DNA of 63,535 nucleotides, the filler included, from Octopus bimaculoides (lineage: Eukaryota): the NCBI RefSeq assembly GCF_001194135.2. It is 6 parts of 6 records of this genome, joined end to end, with 100 filler letters (N's around TTAATTAATTAA, not from the genome) between each part and the next. Parts side by side here need not be neighbours in the genome. Positions count along the whole stretch, not along the records: positions 24,019 to 32,885 come from NC_068989.1; positions 32,986 to 43,586 come from NC_068984.1; 4 more parts are not named here. One strand, written 5' to 3'. Position 1 is the first letter of the stretch, and the number at the start of each line of letters is the position of its first letter. The notes under the pieces were generated by a model that ran no database searches, had not been told where the DNA came from, and worked only from the letters and a program-made list of their open reading frames with translations. The position numbers and the translations under genes are program-made. Shown here in pieces: positions 27,889-41,453 of this stretch.

Positions 27889-28260
27889 AGAACTGTCAGT
27901 GAAGTAGTTGTATGCTGTCAACTTAATGTGACAGTCCCCTGAATGGAATAATACTACTGTTGGTTAGACCTAGGAAGCTGCACCGCTTCCTGTCGGCCTT
28001 GACACATTTCCTGACACATATCTCTGAATGCAGGCTTAGCTGGGTGGAGGTGCTTGTCTTCCCCTTGTAAACATAAGGACACAGGAAATGTGTCAAGGCC
28101 GACAGGAAGCGGTGCAGCTTCCTAGGTCTAACCAACAGTAGTATTATTCCATTCAGGGGACTGTCACATTAAGTTGACAGCATACAACTACTTCATCGTA
28201 TCACTACTGCATAAATCTCTCTGAGAGATTTAGAAATGTATTATTTCTAGAACTGTCAGT
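27889..28260. repeat. Foldback insertion: perfect 114-bp inverted repeat (27900-28013 / 28082-28195) with a 68-bp spacer, flanked by a 12-bp direct repeat (agaactgtcagt)
   Basis: Base-by-base comparison shows the right arm is the exact reverse complement of the left. agaactgtcagt occurs at 27889-27900 and 28249-28260. Confidence 0.95.
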
Positions 28261-28719
28261 ATTATAACGTCGTTAATCATAAGTCTGCTCAATCAAGCCG
28301 ACACAGTTTTTAATACATCAATGGCAATGTTTGTTTTTTTTACAATTCACAATAACTAAATACTATTTTGAACCGCTCACATTTTTTTACTGGGAAAGGT
28401 TAGTTATTCAACATGCAAAGGAAAAAGCAGTGTCCATGACACCTTTAATGGCATCGGAGAATGGTGGGAGGAAGAAAGTTATCCTCAGCCCTGAGACCAG
28501 CATGCAATGATGGCAAAAACAAAATAGACTCCATTAAAGGCGCCCAGTGGAGTGATCATGGTGTTAATCGGGACAAAGGCTTGAGTTTAACATCTGAAAA
28601 CGGATACTACGTATTGTACAATAATCATCCCAAGAATACGGGCTATGATCGTAAGAGTCATGTGATTTGTGGAAACGCGCGTAGTGATGTATTAAAATAT
28701 TTATAAATTCCATTCATGG

Positions 28720-31700
28720 ATTATTATTATTATCATTATCATTATTTTTTTTCTTCTTTCTTCAAATTTTTTTCCATTTCTCGCCGAGTGTTTTCCGTAC
28801 ACCTAGGGCAGAGAAACTTATTGTATGCATTCCCAGTTTACACACGCAAATTCACAGCCAAAATATGTATTTTAAAAAAAAATTAATAAATAAAAAAATT
28901 TCATGAATGGATGTTGTTTTCACAGCGATAATGCTCTTCTCAGTACATGAGTCGTTCCAGTTAACACGATATTTTGCACTTCCTGTAGGGATGGTAGGCC
29001 TGGTATCATTTTCAAATAGGTTTCAGTACCCTTTTTTATTATTCCTAGAGACTCTACAATCACTGGTACGGTAGTCGCCTTGAGATGCCAATTTCTATTA
29101 GCAAGTCTTTATATTTACTGATCTTGTCAAATTCTTTCGCTGCTATATTGTGATCACAAGGAATACTCATGCGTATTCTCTGAGCTTTTGCTTGAACTTT
29201 TTGTTTAAGTGTTTCATTCGCTGGCATTAGTTCTTCTCTTGTTGAGAGTCCATATTTTCTCACAATCTTCCTGCCTTTTCTTGATCTTACACTATTTCCA
29301 GAGATTAGTTCAATTAATATTGATATCTCCCTTCGCAATGATTCAATCTCAGTTTCAATTCTACTCCTCCAGTTTGATTTTCTTTTCGAATTTGGTATTG
29401 TTGCCTTTTTGGGTGTTAAACAGCGTCTTTCGATTACCTTAGCAACAGAGTAAATAATTTCATTTAACTTATTAAGATCGGGCTTTAGTTGTTGTATGAT
29501 TTCTTGTGTAACGCAGTTGCCAATTTTTATTTGTGTTTTATGTTAGTGTGCATTTGAGAGTTTATGGAGTGGTTCCCTATCATTCATATTTGTATGCCCT
29601 ACAACTGTAATCTCATTCAGAACTTCCTGCTTCATTTCAATGATAGATTTTCTGTGTTGTTCAGCAAATATGTGGTCTTCAAATTCTGTTTCGACATCAT
29701 TTTCCTGACTGTTTTTTCTAGGGTCATTATATATTCCTTTTTCTTCAGGCTCTTGAGTAGTTTCGGCAGATGGTCGCCTTTTAGTCAATGTTTGTGGTCC
29801 AACATTCCTCTCCTCTACTTCGTTATTTCTTTCCTGACTTATATTTAGGTCATTCTCTACCACTATTTTTAATAGAAGTTAATTTTGCATCTGTGAGTCT
29901 GGTATTTCTGAAGATATCTCTTCTAACATTTGCTAATCTGTTTTCATCCAGGTTTGGTCTGCCAGCTGGATTCCGGCTCCTCCAAATTCTGTAGGAGTTT
30001 GCGGTATGTTTCTCTTGGATTGGCCTACTTAATGCAAAGTAATAAGCGTATATTACTTCTTTATATTCTTCCCGGTTCCATTTAGTTCTTTTACATTTTT
30101 GATTTTGTGGTCGCTGTGGTGGTGAACTTTGGAGGCTTAATTTGGGACAAANNNNNNNNNNNNNNNNNNNNNNNNNNNNNNNNNNNNNNNNNNNNNNNNN
30201 NNNNNNNNNNNNNNNNNNNNNNNNNNNNNNNNNNNNNNNNNNNNNNNNNNNNNNNNNNNNNNNNNNNNNNNNNNNNNNNNNNNNNNNNNNNNNNNNNNNN
30301 NNNNNNNNNNNNNNNNNNNNNNNNNNNNNNNNNNNNNNNNNNNNNNNNNNNNNNNNNNNNNNNNNNNNNNNNNNNNNNNNNNNNNNNNNNNNNNNNNNNN
30401 NNNNNNNNNNNNNNNNNNNNNNNNNNNNNNNNNNNNNNNNNNNNNNNNNNNNNNNNNNNNNNNNNNNNNNNNNNNNNNNNNNNNNNNNNNNNNNNNNNNN
30501 NNNNNNNNNNNNNNNNNNNNNNNNNNNNNNNNNNNNNNNNNNNNNNNNNNNNNNNNNNNNNNNNNNNNNNNNNNNNNNNNNNNNNNNNNNNNNNNNNNNN
30601 NNNNNNNNNNNNNNNNNNNNNNNNNNNNNNNNNNNNNNNNNNNNNNNNNNNNNNNNNNNNNNNNNNNNNNNNNNNNNNNNNNNNNNNNNNNNNNNNNNNN
30701 NNNNNNNNNNNNNNNNNNNNNNNNNNNNNNNNNNNNNNNNNNNNNNNNNNNNNNNNNNNNNNNNNNNNNNNNNNNNNNNNNNNNNNNNNNNNNNNNNNNN
30801 NNNNNNNNNNNNNNNNNNNNNNNNNNNNNNNNNNNNNNNNNNNNNNNNNNNNNNNNNNNNNNNNNNNNNNNNNNNNNNNNNNNNNNNNNNNNNNNNNNNN
30901 NNNNNNNNNNNNNNNNNNNNNNNNNNNNNNNNNNNNNNNNNNNNNNNNNNNNNNNNNNNNNNNNNNNNNNNNNNNNNNNNNNNNNNNNNNNNNNNNNNNN
31001 NNNNNNNNNNNNNNNNNNNNNNNNNNNNNNNNNNNNNNNNNNNNNNNNNNNNNNNNNNNNNNNNNNNNNNNNNNNNNNNNGATATGTAAATTTGTAAATT
31101 TCTTAACTTATTTTGAAGGGAATTTTAAATACTCACAGGATATTGTAGATATTCCAGTCTTTGAGAGTTATTTTTTCCCCGTTGTCCTGCTGGGTCATAT
31201 TAGTGTTTCTATGGCTTTCAGCTACTGAATGGTCAGAGCAGCGAGGAACACGTCCAGCCGCTGTCAAGGCTGGTGCTCATTATTATCATTATTTTCATTT
31301 TCAACTGTTGTCTTGTAATCATAAATATGTGGTTGTTGAAGGAAATAGTTGGGTAACAGCTTGGTGAATTGATCATATTCTACAGGTCTATAAATAGATT
31401 CGGCAGATGGTGGGGAGGTCAGCCATAGAGACAAAAGACTCTTCTCAGCCTTTGGGTCACCAGAGGCCAAATGTGTTTACTACTACCAGTGACTACTGAG
31501 AGCGCTCTTTTGACCTTGAAAAGAAGCAATTCAACCTGTTCTATTTGTAATTACTGGTAGAAAAAACAATAATGATAATTATGTATATGTACTGATATTC
31601 ATGTCGTTGAATCTTTGAATTTCTGAATTCAATTCTTTTGTTGCAATAAAAGGTGTGTTTACGTATTTGTGTAATATATTACAGTTTTTAAGCTTTCTTG

Positions 31701-32728
31701 AGATGTTCGTTTGTCTTGTCCAGTTGGAGAATACAGCAGGACTTTTGCAATGAAAAGGATGTGTACATTTTTAAATACTCGGGGAGAAAGGAAAGGATAG
31801 GTATTCACACAGTAGTTGTAGATATTAAAGATTTTTTTTAAAGCTGATCGTTTGTGTGTTCGAAAGCTGTAGGTATGTAAGTTTCCTAACTTATTTTATT
31901 TTGCGGAAGATTTAAAATATTCACAGGAAATTGTAAATATTCCAGTTTTGGGGAATAGTAAGAGGAAGAGATGTTCACCTTGTGGGATTTTTGAATTTCT
32001 GAATTTCTTTTTCTTTTGGAATTTTTCTTTTCTTTTTAAACGTTTTTGTAGTTGTGCAGTATGTATATATTGGTAGGTGCTTACTTCCTTAATTTGTTAT
32101 CGTGCATTTGTGTTTTTGCAATAAAAGGCATGTTTACATATTCTATTAGTCAGGGAAGAAGGAAAGATAAAATGTTCACACAAAATTGGAGATATTAAAG
32201 TTTCTAAATATTTTGAGGTGTTCGTTTGTACGTCCGTTCAGAGAAGACTGTGGTGTTTTTTTGCAATAAAAAGGATGTTTACATTTTCGAATATTCAGAG
32301 AAGAAGAAACGGAAAGAAAAGGAAGGTAAAATTTTTTCACAGAAAATTGTAGATATTAAGGTTTTAAAATTTACTGGAGATGATTTTTTGTCTGTCCGAA
32401 CAGAGGAAACTGTAGTGTTTGGAATAAAGAGGATGTTTACATTTTCGAATACTCAGGGGGAAAGGGATGGATAGGTATTCACAGAAGTTGTTGATATTAA
32501 AGGTTTTAAAGCTAATCGTTTATGTGTTCGAAAGCTGGAGATATGTAAGTTCCTTATCTTATTTTGAAGGAAATTCAAAATACTCACGGGAAACTGTAGA
32601 TATTCCAGTCTCTTACAGTTATTTTTCAGTTGTCCTGCTAGGTTATATTAGTGTTTCTGTATCTCCAGCTGCTGACAGGTTAGAGCAGCGAAGAACACGT
32701 CCAGCCGTTGTCACGTCCAACCGACAGC

Positions 32729-32730
<2 letters not shown>
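28720..32730 (-). mobile_element. R4/Dong-type (restriction-like endonuclease) non-LTR retrotransposon, internally deleted and lacking RT, with a modular repeated 5' region
   Basis: N-terminal KWNREEYKEVIYAYYFAL...YRIWRSRNP...LDENRLANVRRDI (about 29900-30090). KQKVQAKAQRIR is fused at 29170/29171 to the C-terminal MSIPCDHNIAAKEFDKISKYKDLLIEI...WHLKATTVPVIVESLGIIKKG...IPGLPSLQEVQNIVLTGTTHVLRRALSL* (stop 28920-28922). (AAT)n tail near 28720. A gap covers 30152-31080, so linkage of the 31081-32730 block is inferred. Confidence 0.82.
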
Positions 32731-32780
<50 letters not shown>

Positions 32781-33249
32781 GTTCAAGCGAATGGACGTGT
32801 CTCCCGAAGCTCTGTAAGTTGTTGACGTTTTTACCCGGAAATCTTTTGAAATCTGTTTTAAATTTTATATATTGTTGTAGCCAAGNNNNNNNNNNNNNNN
32901 NNNNNNNNNNNNNNNNNNNNNNNNNNNNNTTAATTAATTAANNNNNNNNNNNNNNNNNNNNNNNNNNNNNNNNNNNNNNNNNNNNACATAAATATATACA
33001 TATACATTAATCTATATATACATGTACATTAATATATATATATACATAAATATATACATATACATTAATCTATATATACATGTACATTAATATATATATA
33101 TACATATACATTAATATATATACATATATATATACATATATATATACATATATATATATACATATATAAACATGTATATATACATATATATGCTTCCGTG
33201 CATGCATACATACATAAATACATACATACATAAATACATACATCTATAT

Positions 33250-33352
33250 AAGACGGGCTTTTCTCACTTTCCCTCTGCAAAATCCACTGAGAAGCCTTTG
33301 GCCAGACTGAGGCTATCGTAGAAGGCGTTCAACGACTTTATCACGCCAGCGT
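33250..33352 (-). mobile_element. SINE family A fragment
   Basis: gacgggcttttctcactttcc...aaatccactgagaagcctttggccagactgaggctatcgtagaagg. Confidence 0.7.
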
Positions 33353-33684
33353 GCGTTATTTCAGGTTGAAAATTGATGAAGAATAAGGAACCTTCTGTGT
33401 TATCGTTTGTATATCCACTGTACATTTTGTTCACTTATTATGTAACGGATCTTCTGTTTCTGTCTTCACTCATTTTTTGCACTAAATATACGTTCTTCTG
33501 TTCACTTCTGCATTCATTATATAGTTTTACTTTACGTTTGTGTATTTACTATACACTTTTCCCTCATATATCAGAGAATGTAACGCACCCTTTTTATTTA
33601 CAGCTATGTGTGTGTGTCTATGTGGGTGTGTGCGTGTGCGTGTTTGGGTGTGTGTATGTGTGTGTGTGTATGTGTTTGAGTGTA

Positions 33685-33812
33685 CGACGGGCTTTATTCA
33701 GTTTCCATGTACGAAATCCTCTCACAAGGCTTTGGTCGGCCCGAGGCTATAGTAGAAGACACTTGCCTAAGGTGCCGCGGTTGGGAGTGAACCTGAAACC
33801 ATGTGGTCAACA
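33685..33812 (-). mobile_element. SINE family A, 5' half
   Basis: gacgggctttattcagtttcc...cacaaggctttggtcggcccgaggctatagtagaagacacttgcctaaggtgcc. Confidence 0.88.
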
Positions 33813-36766
33813 GATAAATAAATAGCATTGATCATATTATTGTTAATAATCTTGCTTTAACAACTGCTTCTGAAAAGAGGACTAGTACTAATTCCTTAAC
33901 TATGAGTACTGCATACAAGTGAAAAAATGCCTTCGTAATTTCAAAAAGAAAATGAACATTCCTTTAGAAAATCAGTGTTTGAGGATACAGTGTATCTATA
34001 TAAAGTCATTAGTGGGGATCTACGTACTATTACTAAGGTAATATGAAACACCATGAAGGAGAAACAGTAATGTATATTCTTTTAATTATTTTTTTATAAT
34101 TTTTGCATATTTATTTTATTATAAATGCAAAACGACACCACGGAATAATCGACGTACGCTTAAATAATAAAATAATGGGCCGTGATAGGTGAATCGCGAT
34201 AAGGCAAGGGACAGCTGCATATANNNNNNNNNNNNNNNNNNNNNNNNNNNNNNNNNNNNNNNNNNNNNNNNNNNNNNNNNNNNNNNNNNNNNNNNNNNNN
34301 NNNNNNNNNNNNNNNNNNNNNNNNNNNNNNNNNNNNNNNNNNNNNNNNNNNNNNNNNNNNNNNNNNNNNNNNNNNNNNNNNNNNNNNNNNNNNNNNNNNN
34401 NNNNNNNNNNNNNNNNNNNNNNNNNNNNNNNNNNNNNNNNNNNNNNTATATATATACATACATACATACGTACATACATACATACATATGTATATATATG
34501 TATGTACGTATGTATGTATGTATGTATATATGCATATATATATATATATATATATGTGTGTGTTTGTGTACAAATAAATTCACCTCAAAATACAAATAAT
34601 CCTACTGTAAGGGTTTACTATCATACATTATGCAAGGTTTGTTTACTTCGTAAAGCATAACACAATTTTTGTTTGTTTTAACCGATATTCAGCTTACCAG
34701 GGTTTTGCACATATGTCTGTCAAACCTTTTAATATTTTAAACTAATGTGTCAATACACATTGCAGTTACAGTTATACATTTTAACCTATAAGAAAACTGA
34801 ATTTTAAAAAAGTTAAGGAGTGGCACTCGGCTTGACAACCGAAGTGCTGTAGATGTTATATTTACGTTTTTAGATTGTCATGAGAGTTTACATTTGGATC
34901 TGACCCCGGTTATAATATTTTATATTAACAACTTGTGTGTGTCCTTAGGTATGTACTATCAATGTATTATAAATCCATGCAGATATTACGCTCAATGAGG
35001 AAATCTTTATTGCCATTCTCGTAAAAGCACATATTTTCATTTATCATAGCACACTTTACAATACAACTCATATGGCATTCATCATCTTTGATATGGCAGT
35101 CGTCGATATTTACCAGTATCAGTATGGTTATGGTGATTATGATCATTTGGAATGATTCGTATCAGTAATAACCTCTTCAGCATTAAATATGAACACTTCT
35201 GTCGCTTCTAACGTTGCTGTCATCACCTTTACCGTGGTCGTGGCCTCCACCACCACTGCTACAGCCGTCGCCTCCACCCTCACTTCCACCAACACCACCA
35301 CCGTTGTCTTTCAATTGTCTTTTGTTGACTCTTATATATTAGAGTTGAAGACAATCTATTACATTCGAAATCAAACCAAGATGACATTATGGGAAACACA
35401 CATGACACAAACCGGATATGGTTACGTTTATGCTAGGAGTCTTTTCAATTGTTTCCAACCATCAACCAACTCTAGTGAATTATATTCGCTATTTGAACTA
35501 TCTAGTGGATTTCGCATTGTCTTGTTTCCCTGCCTTTATAATTTTTATTCTCCTTTTAATTTTTGTTTACTTTATATTTGTAATATGGTTTAGTATCAAT
35601 TGGTTTAATTTCCTTATCCATTAACTAACTAACATTTTATATAAGGATGTATTATCACTCTTTCAGTTAACAATAGACATTGACAAAATGATACTTGAGT
35701 GGCTGTGGCTAATTTATTTAAACAAATTCTATGCTGAAACTCTCTCGTATTAGTGTTACTAAGAAAGTTGCCGCTAATGTTCTAGCATAACTGGTAACTC
35801 CCACCGAGATAAAGTCTGAAGGATCAAACTACAATGCAATTCATTTCAGATAATTGAATCGGATAATCTATTCCCTAAATTTCATAAAAGTTGAAATCAT
35901 TTCATTTCCCTCCCATAGAAATACTGAACGTTTGTACAATGTAAATCCAAAACAATGTCTGTGTTGCATTGCTAGTGATTGTTTTAATAAGTGATACTGA
36001 ATATAATATTATTCTAAACATTTCTCTTATTATAATTGCTTCAGAAACAGCCATCATATTAGATGAAAATATATGCACTATTTCCATAATTTACTTTCCA
36101 AATATATAACTTAAATTCACATGCAATTAAATTAAGTAATTTGGAAATAAATTAAATGTGAATAAGAATGAGGATGATTAAAGATGTATCAAATATTATT
36201 TTAGGGAAATAATATTTATTTGTAAAGGTCGTGCGAATTGGATATTGTATAACGGCTATATGATAATTAATTTTGCTATTAATTACTCCGTCAGATACAA
36301 TTGCGAGAAGCGTTAAATTTTTAAAAAAATGAAATGTTTCCTGTTATTTATACTTCACATCAAGCTTGGAAGTTTAGTTTTAAAGTGCCAAGACGTAAGC
36401 TAAAGTAATGTTATCAGCGTTCCACCTGCTGGGAACAGTTACGATTACAAAAGCTGATGAGGAAAATAGTTTGAACCTGTGGTGAGCTTTCAGGTTTCAC
36501 TATGAACTCTGGAAATATTGCAATGTATGGCTATATTCTGGAACATAAATAACAATAGGAATTGATAAGGTTATATGGGCATGTATCATGCACATATATG
36601 TTTATTCTTGAAACAAATTAAATGTCATTGTTGCATTAGCCAAATGTAAGACAATATCACAGGAATGACATATTGAATTCATATGTTGCAATCTGCTTCT
36701 CAGAGAGTCTTGCCCTACATCACAATCAGAAGTGATTGTGCATGTCTGCGTGTGAATAATCATATA

Positions 36767-36783
36767 TAGATAGATAGATAGAT

Positions 36784-36832
<49 letters not shown>

Positions 36833-36852
36833 TATAGATAGATAGATAGAGG

Positions 36853-36907
<55 letters not shown>

Positions 36908-36911
36908 TATA
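36767..36911. repeat. (GATA)n tetranucleotide microsatellite (others at about 22990 and 49405)
   Basis: Read directly from the sequence. Confidence 0.95.
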
Positions 36912-37585
36912 TNNNNNNNNNNNNNNNNNNNNNNNNNNNNNNNNNNNNNNNNNNNNNNNNNNNNNNNNNNNNNNNNNNNNNNNNNNNNNNNNNNNNNNNN
37001 NNNNNNNNNNNNNNNNNNNNNNNNNNNNNNNNNNNNNNNNNNNNNNNNNNNNNNNNNNNNNNNNNNNNNNNNNNNNNNNNNNNNNNNNNNNNNNNNNNNN
37101 NNNNNNNNNNNNNNNNNNNNNNNNNNNNNNNNNNNNNNNNNNNNNNNNNNNNNNNNNNNNNNNNNNNNNNNNNNNNNNNNNNNNNNNNNNNNNNNNNNNN
37201 NNNNNNNNNNNNNNNNNNNNNNNNNNNNNNNNNNNNNNNNNNNNNNNNNNNNNNNNNNNNNNNNNNNNNNNNNNNNNNNNNNNNNNNNNNNNNNNNNNNN
37301 NNNNNNNNNNNNNNNNNNNNNNNNNNNNNNNNNNNNNNNNNNNNNNNNNNNNNNNNNNNNNNNNNNNNNNNNNNNNNNNNNNNNNNNNNNNNNNNNNNNN
37401 NNNNNNNNNNNNNNNNNNNNNNNNNNNNNNNNNNNNNNNNNNNNNNNNNNNNNNNNNNNNNNNNNNNNNNNNNNNNNNNNNNNNNNNNNNNNNNNNNNNN
37501 NNNNNNNNNNNNNNNNNNNNNNNNNNNNNNNNNNNNNNNNNNNNNNNNNNNNNNNNNNNNNNNNNNNNNNNNNNNNNNNNNNNNN

Positions 37586-38334
37586 GTTGCCTGCAGTATA
37601 CTTCGGCCGTGATTGATAAGCTAGATTTAATGAAATCAAAATGGACCACCAGATGCACACCATCAGCTTCTTTTGATGAAGTTTGCGTTTTGACTGTGCT
37701 TTCGCGGCTCGTCTTTGTCCAACATTTGTGCTGAACGTTTACCGTTGTTGTATTGGATCCATTTCTCATCACATGCTACAATTCGATTAAAAAATGATTC
37801 ATTTTTGGTTCGAGAAAGTAGCATAATCCAGGCTTCCAAATGTTGCTGATTCTAATTTTCCTTTAGTTCATGTGGAACCCAAATTTTCTAAATTTTTCAC
37901 TTTACAGATTTGAACTAGGTGAGTCAATATTATTCGCTTGCTAACACCAAACATCAACGATAATTCATGGGCACTTTGAGATAGATCTAACTCGAGGATG
38001 CCTATCAGCTCGTCATGATATACCTTTGTTTCTGGTCGACCGCGTTGCTCACCTGTGAAGTCAAAGTGACCAGAACGAAATTTTGCAAACCAATGTGATA
38101 CTGTCTGCTCTCTAATAAAATTAGAATGAAATAGTCTATTAATATTCCAAGCTGTCAGCAATGGTGTATTTCCAAGAAAGAAGCCATATTTAAAAACTGT
38201 ACGAATTTCAGGTTTATCCATCTCTAAACAAAAATAGCAAATAAACGATTTATAAATACTTTATACCGCGCAAAATGAGCAGCTGTCAAAATTTACTATA
38301 TACCTTATTACAAATTTAATAGTTGACGGCCTAA
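37586..38334 (-). mobile_element. Mariner transposon, 5' half (the rest is lost in a gap)
   Basis: ORF 37868..38221 (MDKPEIRTVFKY...TVSHWFAKFRSG...RGRP...) is followed by a WVPHEL-like segment and IVACDEKWIQY (TCDEKW motif). TIR-like ttaggccgtcaac with a TA at 38335-38336. Confidence 0.9.
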
Positions 38335-38450
38335 TATATATATATATATATANNNNNNNNNNNNNNNNNNNNNNNNNNNNNNNNNNNNNNNNNNNNNNNN
38401 NNNNNNNNNNNNNNNNNNNNNNNNNNNNNNNNNNNNNNNNNNNNNNNNNN

Positions 38451-38510
<60 letters not shown>

Positions 38511-41396
38511 CATTTATTTTGTCATTTCTATACGTATACATATCCGAATATAATGTTGATAATATTATGCACATAACTCTTAGGAGGGAACGTTTGATGA
38601 TGTAAATCGCTTCATCTGAATAGTAAGAAGGTTTTCTTCATGGCTAGTATATGTATGGAAACCATCCTATTTTGTGACAAAAAACGTCTTGACACATCAT
38701 TTTGTTTGTGTACAAGTGCAATACAAGAAAGAGTTATTACTAAATTACTAAAGTTTAATATTAAATTGTGCCACAGTAGCAAAAGCTTTTCATCCTGATC
38801 CTTATGTGATTACATTAATTATAAGGTGCATAGATCATTTTCATCAGGTTAATCTTCAATTTCCCTTCATTTTAACTATGGTTGTGATTATCTTAATATT
38901 AGCATTTGAAATGTAGTAGGTTCATCAAAATTTTTAAGGATTTCATCCCGATGGAATTAGCAAAATTGTTTTCACTAGAATTAAAATCGTTAACTTTAAA
39001 GTCGATTATACTTGTTTATTTATAAATCTTTTCTTTTTTTTTTGCTGAACAAAATTGCTGCCTGTTGAGTTGTTCCGCAACCCGAAATCTGACTTCCAGT
39101 TCTACGTTTCACGCCCTGTTATTTTCCATCTCGTCTTGGCAATTGAATTCTGCATCACATTTTATCAGTAAAATATAACATTCTGATAAGTTACACCTAA
39201 TTAATTTGAAAGATTAAACGGTATATGCGTGAGGAGCTTTTTTGTATGCCCGTGTATGTCTGTAATATGTGCGTATGCATACAGGCAATATTTTAAAAAC
39301 TAATTGTCCGTATTTACACGCTGTGTTGAGGAGTATCTACTATTTATTAGTTTCCCTTACAGATGTTATGCTGTTTTGCCTTTATTGGAATAATTGTTAG
39401 CTCACGAAGATAAACAAGAATTGGAAGAAGATGCGTATATTGGACTAATTCTATAGCTTTAAAAGGGGCCAGGCACAGCGCATTAATCATCCCACGAAAA
39501 ACGGTGCCTCATATTAATATAGAGTGTTAGTAAAATATTTTGTCACAATCCTCAAAGAAACATAATACGTAAATTCCCTCACACACATTTGTATATACAT
39601 TATCATATTTGAAAATATATGTATTAGTGCACATGTTTGTCTAAATATACAAGCATTAATACGAAGAAATGCATAATAAAGGATACTTTAACATAGGTAA
39701 ATTCCCCACGTTGAATTGTATTTTATTGTTTTCGTTTTGATATAGAGATCGTGCACATGACCTTCGTAAGCTTCCAAATGTCAATGATATGAATGTCAGT
39801 ACGTTCCTCCAGAACTGTAGCAAAATTAATCCTGCATGAAAATCAAAATCTTGTGTTGAGAAAGTACTTCAATGAAAAGATTTTCTCGATACAAAAAAAA
39901 AAGAATCGTGTAGAATTCAGGATATTTGCAATGGGCCAGCGATGATTCGAAGAGATCGAGAATACTACTCAGCTAAGTAGCACATGTAAGAAAGCTATCA
40001 TGGAATCATTTAAATTAAGTAAATTGTTATTTATTTCAAATATGCTTACTAGAATAAACTTGTACTCTTGGAAGATACTTCTGAATTAATTGGTAAAATG
40101 TTGCTCGTTTATATGTATATTATCTGCGTCATATACATAGCATCATTTGATAAGCGGCTGAATCAATAATGTCAACACACATATTGCTACCTATACTGGG
40201 TCTGATATAAAATAAATATAGATTGGAACAGTAATGAGAAATTGAGGATTCTTCATGCAATTTGACTCTTCGTGTAATTACTTAATTATGTCTACGCAAA
40301 TATGTCCAAATTTTTTTATTTGAAAAGCAGCTCAAGAACCCATAATAAGTTAATGTTACTTCTCACTTCAATTCTTTCAACGCCTTCACAAAAGCACCAT
40401 GCCTACACTTTTGTATATATTTGTTTTCAATCTCTTCTCGCCTTATTTATAGCTAGCCATAATTATTACTTCTTCGTCTCTAATATTATTTCTGGCTAAT
40501 GAATAGACATGTCTACGAACATTGAAGTATACCAATGAATAAACTATAATACAATAAATTGTTCATTTCAGGTGAAGCACTGTAATGTGTATAGATATGG
40601 CAATAAATTCAATACTAGTAGAAGCATTTATTTAAAACACTAATATAATGAAAGCAATAGATATGTCAGTAAAATTAGAACTATGGCTCTAAATATCATT
40701 TTCTAATATTGTCTGTGAAATGTGATTTAAATATTGAGTATTGTTGCAAAAAATATTTAGAAGAAATGATATATGAACTATGTATATATGAGAGTAAACA
40801 TTAAACCTATTTAGAAAATAATGAGATAGATGGAGATGAAACGAAAGAACTTGAAAAATCAAAAGTCAACAGTCTAGACAATGATTTATGAAATACGAAC
40901 TTCCTTGATAAATGTCAAAAGATAGCGTAAAAAATTAAGCTAAGAGATAAAATCATATTCTGACTGTTACAAAAGTATACTTACAATAGCATATGCATTC
41001 GTGTACACATACGTAGGAACATACATACACTCATACATACAGATTCGCATATATGTATGTTTGTAGCTGTGTGCGTGTGTGTTCAAGTACATGTATATAT
41101 GTCCGAACGCTTTTATGATTGCGTGTTACTGGTTGATCAACTTACTGTAGGAAAAAATGTTTTTTGAAGTAAAAATATCCAAATCCAGAGAAGGGACAGA
41201 AGTGGTATTTACAGTTCTCGGAATACAAAAACAGCCACTTAAGCGTTGTGTAGGTATCTGAGTGTACAGTCAAGAACAGCTCAATTGCTTAGTAGCCTCA
41301 AAACGTCATCAGGTTTAGAAAAATTACGTCTCCCTTGAAGAAACAATTATGAATGTTAAAAACCAGTGCACGTGAATTAGCATCAAATACATTGTA

Positions 41397-41453
<57 letters not shown>

